Shown: positions 44,005 to 50,480 of the stretch, piece after piece
How positions within the stretch are numbered: position 1 is the stretch's first letter
Layout of the letters: each line of letters begins with the position of its first letter
NCBI GenBank assembly: GCA_009786825.1
Contig: WQRI01000003.1
Coordinates: forward strand, 1-52,977
Source: Bacillota bacterium
Lineage (GTDB): Bacteria > Bacillota > Clostridia > Christensenellales > WQRI01
Direction of reading: 5' to 3'
Length of the DNA stretch: 52,977 nucleotides
Translations under genes and position numbers: made by a program
Notes under the pieces: model-generated
Told to the model about the DNA's origin: nothing
The model's database searches: none
What the model saw: only the letters and a program-made list of their open reading frames with translations

Positions 44005-44991
44005 ATGGGAAATTTATTTGCGAATGGTAGAATTGTTGTTATCAGAAACAACTTAATGTCGGCAGAGGCTATAAACAGACTTGCTAAGGCTGAGAATATG
44101 TCTGTTGCTTTATCTATGCTAACGGACGCGGGCTACAACGCAGAAGCGCTTAAGGCGGGCGACTTCGAAAAAGCAATAAGGCTAGAGCAAGCTAAGACAA
44201 TAGAGGTTTTTGAGAGCGTAGCAACAAATTCTAGCGTGCGACGGGTTTTTCTATCTAAACTAAACTATCACAACGCTAAGGCGCTTTTAAAAATAAAGTT
44301 TGCGGGCATTAAAGAAGGCGACTTAATGCTTTATGATGGTAGCGACATTAGTGTTGCCGAGTTAAACAGATTTATAGAGCAAGGGGACGGCAATTTCGAC
44401 ACTAACTTGCACGCGGCTATACGCGAGGTTATAGACACTAGCAAAAGAGAAAGCCCAAGGGATATAGATTTAACAATAGACGGCGCACTTTTCGAAGTTA
44501 TTAAAAACGAGATAAGGGGTGTTAAGTGTACTACGCTTGCAACTTACGTGAAGTCTGAGATAGACTTTATAAACATACTATCCGTTTTAAGAACAAAGCC
44601 TTTAAACTTTTCGGTAGACCAACTTGCTTCGTCTTTAATTAGTGGGGGCAACATACCTTTAACTACTTTGATAATGGCTTACGCAAACGAGCAACCTTTA
44701 GAGTTTTTAAACTCTATAAGGCTGTACTACCCGCAAGTTATTGCAGATGTTATAGATGGTAGCGCGCAAGGTAGTGTGGGTGATATCACACTTATTCTAG
44801 AAAGAGAAGCAGACAACTATTTGCTAAAACTGTTTGATGAAAAGAAAAACAACTTTACGGGAATACAACCCTACATCGCATACTATCTATCTAAACTAAA
44901 CGAGATAAGGGTTGTAAAACTAATACTAATAGCAATAAAATACGAGTTGCCACCAGAAGCGTTGGCAAAACGTATGCGCAAAATATTTTAA
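44005..44991 (+). CDS. ntpC: V-type ATPase subunit C (d-type)
   Basis: 328 aa. Position between E and F(G) subunits, and helical composition typical of V-type subunit d/C. Confidence 0.75.
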   Translation: MGNLFANGRIVVIRNNLMSAEAINRLAKAENMSVALSMLTDAGYNAEALKAGDFEKAIRLEQAKTIEVFESVATNSSVRRVFLSKLNYHNAKALLKIKFAGIKEGDLMLYDGSDISVAELNRFIEQGDGNFDTNLHAAIREVIDTSKRESPRDIDLTIDGALFEVIKNEIRGVKCTTLATYVKSEIDFINILSVLRTKPLNFSVDQLASSLISGGNIPLTTLIMAYANEQPLEFLNSIRLYYPQVIADVIDGSAQGSVGDITLILEREADNYLLKLFDEKKNNFTGIQPYIAYYLSKLNEIRVVKLILIAIKYELPPEALAKRMRKIF

Positions 44992-44993
44992 TT

Positions 44994-45147
44994 AATGTTA
45001 AATTTTAAATTTTTAATGGTAAATGTTTTCACCTGCTTCGCAGAAATATTTATTTGCAAGTTGTTCGCAAGTGAAAATTCTGACTGTCAAAAGAAAAAAA
45101 CACAAAGGATAAAACAATTAAAAATTTAACATTTAAAATTTAACATT
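44994..45147 (+). repeat. F1 element copy X (forward)
   Basis: AATGTTAAATTTTAAATTTTTAATGGTAAATG, TTTTCACCTGCTTCGCAGAAAT, ATTTGCAAGT, GACTGTCAAAAG, arm CAATTAAAAATTTAACATTTAAAATTTAACATT. Confidence 0.88.
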
Positions 45148-45161
45148 GCGGAGCGTTATAA

Positions 45162-45488
45162 ATGGCAAAAGGTAAAATAGCAGTAATTGGGGATAAAGAG
45201 AGTATAATTGCTTTTAAGGCAGTTGGTATGGAGACGTTCCCCGTAGAAAAAGATAAAGACGAGATAAGAAAAACTTTGCGCCGCTTAGCAAACGAAGAGT
45301 ACAGCGTTATATTTATAACAGAAGAAGCGTGCGAGGGGCAAGACGAAATTCTAGAGCGCTTTATGGCACAACCTTTCCCATCAATCATACCAATACCAAG
45401 CTCTAACGGCACAATGGGTTTAGGTATGACCAACTTGAAGCGAAATATAGAGAAGGCTATAGGGGCGGACATTCTATTAGGCGAATAA
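45162..45488 (+). CDS. ntpG: V-type ATPase subunit F (NtpG)
   Basis: KIAVIGDKESIIAFKAVGMETFPV......E......L.....Y.VIFITEE is typical of V-type F subunits, 108 aa. Confidence 0.85.
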   Translation: MAKGKIAVIGDKESIIAFKAVGMETFPVEKDKDEIRKTLRRLANEEYSVIFITEEACEGQDEILERFMAQPFPSIIPIPSSNGTMGLGMTNLKRNIEKAIGADILLGE

Positions 45489-45613
45489 TTTAAGCGCTAT
45501 ATGCGGCGTAATACTTCGTTGAATGTTACGGTTTTCTGCGGTCACGTACAATTAGTACGCTCCCTTGAAAATCCGCCATTCGCCTTGTCTTACTTGCATC
45601 TAGCACTTAAATT
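45488..45613 (+). repeat. F2 element copy 7 (short form)
   Basis: Outer IR AATTTAAGC/GCACTTAAATT. The first A is the last base of the ntpG TAA. CTATATGCGGCGTAATACTTCGTT, TTACGGTTTTCTGCGG, hairpin CGTAC-AATTA-GTACG, CTTGTCTTACTTGCATCTAG. Confidence 0.88.
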
Positions 45614-45749
45614 TAGCGTTTAGCATTGCACTTTTAAAGATATAAAAAGGTTTTATATATAAACTACACACAAAATAATTTTTTTAGGGGGTGTGGGGGA
45701 ATTTTTTTCCCAAAAAACTGTCCCCCGCAAAACAAATAAAGAGGAAAAT

Positions 45750-47513
45750 ATGGCTGGTAAAATTGTAAAAGTATCGGGACCATTAGTTGTAGCGTCGGGA
45801 ATGGCAGATGCTAGAATGTACGACGTTGTACAAGTTTCTAAAGAGAGGCTGATTGGCGAGATTATAGAGCTTAGGGGCGATATGGCGTCTATTCAAGTTT
45901 ATGAAGAGACATCGGGAATCGGTCCGGGTGAGCCTGTAGTTTCTACGGGCGCGCCGCTAGAGTTAGAGCTTGGTCCGGGGCTTGTTGAAGGAATTTTCGA
46001 CGGAATACAGCGTCCGCTAACAGAAATTATAAAGTTAAGCGGCGAGCGTATTGCGCGTGGCTTAGAAGTTCATAACCTAGACAGAAATAAAAAATGGGAG
46101 TTTAAAGCAACCGCTAAAGTTAAAGACAAAGTGGCGGCGGGCGATGTTATTGGCGTTGTTCAAGAAACCCCGCTTGTAGAGCATAGGATAATGGTGCCGT
46201 TTGGGGTTGATGGCGAGATTACAGAAATCAAGTCGGGCAACTTCACAATAGTAGATGTTGTTGCAAAAATCAAAACTAAAGACGGCGTACGCGATGTTAT
46301 TATGATGCAAAAGTGGCCTGTTAGGCGTGGCAGACCTTATGCTTCTAAACTTAGCCCAGATATCCCACTTATGACAGGACAACGCAGCATAGATATGTTT
46401 TTCCCAATTGCTAAGGGGGGTGTATCTGCTGTTCCGGGTCCGTTCGGGTCGGGCAAAACAGTTGTTCAGCACCAACTAGCAAAGTGGGCAGATGCCGAGA
46501 TTGTTGTATACGTAGGCTGTGGCGAGCGCGGTAACGAGATGACAGACGTTTTAGTAGAATTCCCAGAACTTGCAGACCCAAAGTCTGGCAGACCACTAAT
46601 GGAGCGCACAGTTTTAGTTGCTAACACATCAGATATGCCCGTTGCGGCGCGCGAGGCTAGCATATACACGGGTATTACAATAGCAGAATATTTTAGAGAT
46701 ATGGGCTACTCTGTTGCTATAATGGCAGACAGTACATCGCGCTGGGCAGAAGCACTTAGAGAAATCTCGGGCAGACTAGAAGAGATGCCGGGTGAAGAGG
46801 GCTACCCTGCTTACTTAGGCTCGCGAATTGCAGAGTACTACGAAAGGGCTGGTCGCGTAAACTGTTTAGGCACACAAGGGCGCGTTGGTGCAATATCGGC
46901 AATCGGTGCAGTATCGCCACCGGGTGGCGACTTAGCAGAGCCAGTATCTCAAGGCACGCTGAGAATAGTAAAAGCATATTGGGGGCTGTCATCATCACTT
47001 TCTTACAAGCGTCACTTCCCAGCAATAGACTGGCTATTATCATACTCGCTTTATGTAGAAACACTAGGCAAGTGGTACGACGAAAACGTTGCGCCTGATT
47101 GGTCGGCTAACAGAAAAGCGGCAATGGCATTACTTCAAGAAGAAGCGAAGTTAGATGAGATTGTAAGGCTTGTAGGTATGGATGCATTATCGCCAAGAGA
47201 TAGATGGAAAATGGAAAGCGCAAAATCGCTAAGGGAAGACTTCTTACAACAAGATGCATACGACAAAGTAGACACTTACGCATCGCCACAAAAAATGATA
47301 ACGCTGCTTCGCATAATAATGAATATGTATAAGTTGGGTAACGACGCTTTAGACGCAAACGTAGAAATTAGAGACCTACTTAAAATAAAAGCGTTCGAGC
47401 AACTAGGTCGGGCAAAGTTTAACCCAGAAAAAGACTTACACATTATAGAAAAAATCGGCACAGATATGGTTGATGAAATTGGCGAATTAATTGCAAAAGG
47501 AGGGCAAGACTAA
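45750..47513 (+). CDS. ntpA: V-type ATPase catalytic subunit A
   Basis: [15 protein letters not shown]....A.MYD.V.V....L.GEII.L.GD.A.IQVYEET.G..PGEPV. P-loop [17 protein letters not shown] at 45739-45744. Confidence 0.96.
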   Translation: MAGKIVKVSGPLVVASGMADARMYDVVQVSKERLIGEIIELRGDMASIQVYEETSGIGPGEPVVSTGAPLELELGPGLVEGIFDGIQRPLTEIIKLSGERIARGLEVHNLDRNKKWEFKATAKVKDKVAAGDVIGVVQETPLVEHRIMVPFGVDGEITEIKSGNFTIVDVVAKIKTKDGVRDVIMMQKWPVRRGRPYASKLSPDIPLMTGQRSIDMFFPIAKGGVSAVPGPFGSGKTVVQHQLAKWADAEIVVYVGCGERGNEMTDVLVEFPELADPKSGRPLMERTVLVANTSDMPVAAREASIYTGITIAEYFRDMGYSVAIMADSTSRWAEALREISGRLEEMPGEEGYPAYLGSRIAEYYERAGRVNCLGTQGRVGAISAIGAVSPPGGDLAEPVSQGTLRIVKAYWGLSSSLSYKRHFPAIDWLLSYSLYVETLGKWYDENVAPDWSANRKAAMALLQEEAKLDEIVRLVGMDALSPRDRWKMESAKSLREDFLQQDAYDKVDTYASPQKMITLLRIIMNMYKLGNDALDANVEIRDLLKIKAFEQLGRAKFNPEKDLHIIEKIGTDMVDEIGELIAKGGQD

Positions 47514-48949
47514 TGTTTGTAGAATATAAAACGATTAATGAAAGTGTCGGACCTCTTATGCTTGTAGAGGGTGTTAGGGGCGTTAAGTATAACGAACTTG
47601 TAGAAGTTATTCAAATTGATGGGCGCGTTAGAATGGGCAGAGTTTTAGAAATGAACGAAGATAAGGCGCTTGTTCAGTTGTTCGAGTCTTCTCAAGGGCT
47701 TCAGATTAATACTTCACGCGCTAGGTTTATCGGTAAGTCTCTAACTTTCGATGCTAGCCCAGACATTTTAGGGCGCGTATTCGACGGGCTAGGCAGAACA
47801 AAAGATAGCGGACCACCAGTAGTAGCGCACCAGCGTTTAGACATAAACGGGCTACCAATAAACCCAGCAGCAAGAACATTCCCATCAGACTTTATTCAAA
47901 CAGGCGTATCGGCAATAGATGGCTTAAACACGCTTGTTAGGGGACAAAAACTTCCGGTTTTCTCGGCTTCGGGCTTGCCGCACGCGCAACTTGCTGCACA
48001 AATCGCAAGGCAAGCAAGGGTTTTGAAAGCAGATGAGAGTTTTGCGGTTGTTTTCGCGGCGGTTGGTATAACGTACGAAGAAGCAGATTATTTCGTACAA
48101 AGTTTTAAAGAAACGGGCGCAATAGACAGAACAGTTATGTTTATGAACCTAGCGGACGACCCGGCGGTAGAGCGTATCGCTACACCGCGTATGGCGCTTA
48201 CGGCTGCTGAGTATTTGGCGTTTGAACTTGATATGCACGTACTTGTTATAATAACAGACATCACAAACTATGCGGACGCGCTTCGCGAAGTTTCTGCCGC
48301 TAGAAAAGAAGTTCCGGGCAGGCGTGGTTATCCGGGCTATCTATATACAGACCTAGCATCTATGTATGAGAGAGCAGGTTGTATCAAGGGCAAAAAAGGC
48401 TCTATCACGCAAATACCAATTCTAACAATGCCAGAAGATGATAAGACTCACCCAATTCCAGACTTAACGGGCTATATCACAGAAGGGCAGATAATGCTAG
48501 ACCGCTCACTTAACAAAAAGGGTATATTCCCACCAATAGATGTACTGCCGTCACTCTCACGCTTAAAAGATAAAGGTATGGGCGAGGGCAAAACAAGAGA
48601 AGACCACTCTAGCGTACTAAACCAACTTTTTGCGTGCTATGCGCGTGGTAAAGATGCTAAAGAACTAGCGTCTATACTAGGTGAAGCGGCACTAACAGAT
48701 ATAGACAAAATCTACGCAAAGTTTGCAGAAGAGTTTGAAAAAGTATTTGTAGGGCAAGGCTGGCAAACAAACAGAAATATAGTAGACACGCTAGATATAG
48801 GTTGGAAACTTATGGGTATGCTTCCAAAGTCAGAACTTAAGCGCGCCAAAGCAAACCACATAGAAAAATACTATGTGCCAACTCAAATAGGCGAGGGCGG
48901 CTTAGCAAAAAAGATACCGGGGCAGATTGACAAAAAAGAACAACACTAA
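47513..48949 (+). CDS. ntpB: V-type ATPase subunit B
   Basis: EYKTI..V.GPL..VE.V.GV.Y.ELVE......R.G.VLE...D.A.VQ.FE...G...RGYPGY.YTDLA..YERAG. The ATG overlaps the ntpA TAA by 1 nt. Confidence 0.96.
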   Translation: MFVEYKTINESVGPLMLVEGVRGVKYNELVEVIQIDGRVRMGRVLEMNEDKALVQLFESSQGLQINTSRARFIGKSLTFDASPDILGRVFDGLGRTKDSGPPVVAHQRLDINGLPINPAARTFPSDFIQTGVSAIDGLNTLVRGQKLPVFSASGLPHAQLAAQIARQARVLKADESFAVVFAAVGITYEEADYFVQSFKETGAIDRTVMFMNLADDPAVERIATPRMALTAAEYLAFELDMHVLVIITDITNYADALREVSAARKEVPGRRGYPGYLYTDLASMYERAGCIKGKKGSITQIPILTMPEDDKTHPIPDLTGYITEGQIMLDRSLNKKGIFPPIDVLPSLSRLKDKGMGEGKTREDHSSVLNQLFACYARGKDAKELASILGEAALTDIDKIYAKFAEEFEKVFVGQGWQTNRNIVDTLDIGWKLMGMLPKSELKRAKANHIEKYYVPTQIGEGGLAKKIPGQIDKKEQH

Positions 48950-48952
48950 TAA

Positions 48953-49080
48953 AAATTAATGTCTATATGCGGCATAATACTGCGTTGAGATTTACGTTTT
49001 GTTTCGGTCACGTACAATAAGTACGCTCCCTCACAAATCCGCATCTCGCCTTGTCTTATTTGCATCTAGCCATTAATTTA
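48953..49080 (+). repeat. F2 element copy 8 (short form)
   Basis: Outer IR AAATTAATG(T)/(G)CCATTAATTT, CTATATGCGGCATAATACTGCGTTGAGATTTACG, hairpin CGTAC-AATAA-GTACG, CTTGTCTTATTTGCATCTAG. Confidence 0.85.
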
Positions 49081-49123
49081 AGGGTATCTTAAAACGATTT
49101 TTAAAAAAGCAAAGTGTAATGCA

Positions 49124-49254
49124 TAATTAAGCACTAGAAGCAAGCTAGGCAAGGAAATCTGCGGCTTTGCGAAAGGCGCGTACCACTCGGTACGTAACTT
49201 GAGCAAAACGTAAAGATTGACGAAGCATAGCGAAGTTTATAGGGCTTAATTAAC
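49124..49254 (-). repeat. F2 element copy 9 (reverse orientation)
   Basis: The reverse complement reads GTTAATTAAGCCCTATAAACTTCGCTATGCTTCGTCAA...CGTACC-GAG-TGGTACG...CTTGCCTAGCTTGCTTCTAGTGC. Convergent with copy 8. Confidence 0.85.
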
Positions 49255-49265
49255 TAAGGGATATT

Positions 49266-49946
49266 ATGGCAGAATTACTTAGAGTCAACCCCACAAGAAT
49301 GGAGTTGAAAAGGCTTCAAGCGCGTCACAAAACGGCGGTTAGGGGTCATAAGTTATTAAAAGATAAAGCAGATGAAATGGTAAGGCAGTTTTTATTAATC
49401 ATAAAAAGGTGTCGCGATTTACGTATTGAAGTAGAGCGCGAACTTACAGCAGCCCTTAGACAGTTTAAACTTGCAAGTGCAATATCGCCAACCCAAAGTA
49501 TAGAAACGGCGCTTGCTATGCCGGCGGCTAAGGCTACACTTGCAGTCTCACTAGGCAACATAATGAGCGTTAAAGTACCAATACTACAACTTAATGTAGC
49601 AGATTCTACAGACCTTATCCCGTACAGTTTTTTAGGCATAACGGCAGATTTAGATGCAAGCATAGTTACTATTTCAAAACTTTTAGAAAAAATGGTGTCC
49701 CTTGCGCAACTAGAAAAAACTTGTTCTATGCTAGCAGATGAGATAGAAAAAACACGTCGCCGCGTTAACGCACTAGAACACGTACTTATCCCGCAAATGC
49801 TAAAAACAATAAAATACATCAAAATGAAACTAGGCGAAGATGAGCGGAGCGTAATAGTAAGACTAATGAAAGTTAAATCTATGATACAAAAGCGCGATGA
49901 GCAACTAGCCGCAAAAAAAGCCGAAGCCCAAAAGGGCAACAAGTAA
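49266..49946 (+). CDS. ntpD: V-type ATPase subunit D
   Basis: NPTRMELKRLQARHKTAVRGHKLLKDKADEM......R.NALEHVLIP. is typical of V-type D subunits. Confidence 0.92.
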   Translation: MAELLRVNPTRMELKRLQARHKTAVRGHKLLKDKADEMVRQFLLIIKRCRDLRIEVERELTAALRQFKLASAISPTQSIETALAMPAAKATLAVSLGNIMSVKVPILQLNVADSTDLIPYSFLGITADLDASIVTISKLLEKMVSLAQLEKTCSMLADEIEKTRRRVNALEHVLIPQMLKTIKYIKMKLGEDERSVIVRLMKVKSMIQKRDEQLAAKKAEAQKGNK

Positions 49947-49986
49947 ATCAACAAGTAACTATAGTCCAAACTCAAAAAAGCGTATT

Positions 49987-50016
49987 AAACCACCCATTCG
50001 TTATGGGTGGTTTTTT
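49987..50016 (+). terminator. Rho-independent terminator of the ntp operon
   Basis: AAACCACCCAT-TCGTT-ATGGGTGGTTT, followed by a T-run. Confidence 0.85.
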
Positions 50017-50196
50017 CTAATGACCTAGGATATATCGCCACCTTTTTTATTTTCCAGCACCGCCGTGTCGAATTTTGTCGCCAAAAATAATGTCCAGTCG
50101 CTTAAAAGTAGTATTCAACTAAAACAATAAAATTTGTGTTTAATTTAATACATAAAAGTTTGTTGTTAATATTTGTTAAAAGTTTGTTCATATGCT

Positions 50197-50227
50197 TGAC
50201 TTTTTTTTTTTTTTGATAAAATATACT
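50197..50227 (+). promoter_or_regulatory. Candidate promoter whose spacer is a T13 homopolymer
   Basis: TTGACT (50197-50202), then T-run 50202-50214. Possible -10 sites are TAAAAT (50217-50222, 14-nt spacer) or TATACT (50222-50227, 19-nt spacer). Neither spacing is optimal. Confidence 0.35.
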
Positions 50228-50306
50228 TATACACTTTAACAGAATGTTCATAGGTTTTGCGCGCGAAGTGGCGTATTTGTGGACATAGTGTTAAAACGGA
50301 AACGGT

Positions 50307-50462
50307 AATTAATTGAACAATGAATACTGAACATTGAACAATGGTTACACCCGCTTGCGCGGTAATTAAATCAAAATAAAAGTGTCACCCTGAACGAAGT
50401 GAAGGGTCTAGCGAAGCGGAATTCGGCTACGCCTAGATACTTCGCTTCGCTCAGTATGACAT
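50307..50462 (+). repeat. F1 element copy Y (forward, composite with F4 module, right arm missing)
   Basis: Arm AATTAATTGAACAATGAATACTGAACATTGAACAATG, core GTTACACCCGCTTGCGCGGTAA, then F4 copy 2 at 50383-50462 (GTGTCACCCTGAACGAAGTGAAGGGTCTAGCGAAGCG...TTCGCTTCGCTCAGTATGACAT). Confidence 0.8.
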
Positions 50463-50480
50463 AAAAAGGGGGAAAGAATT

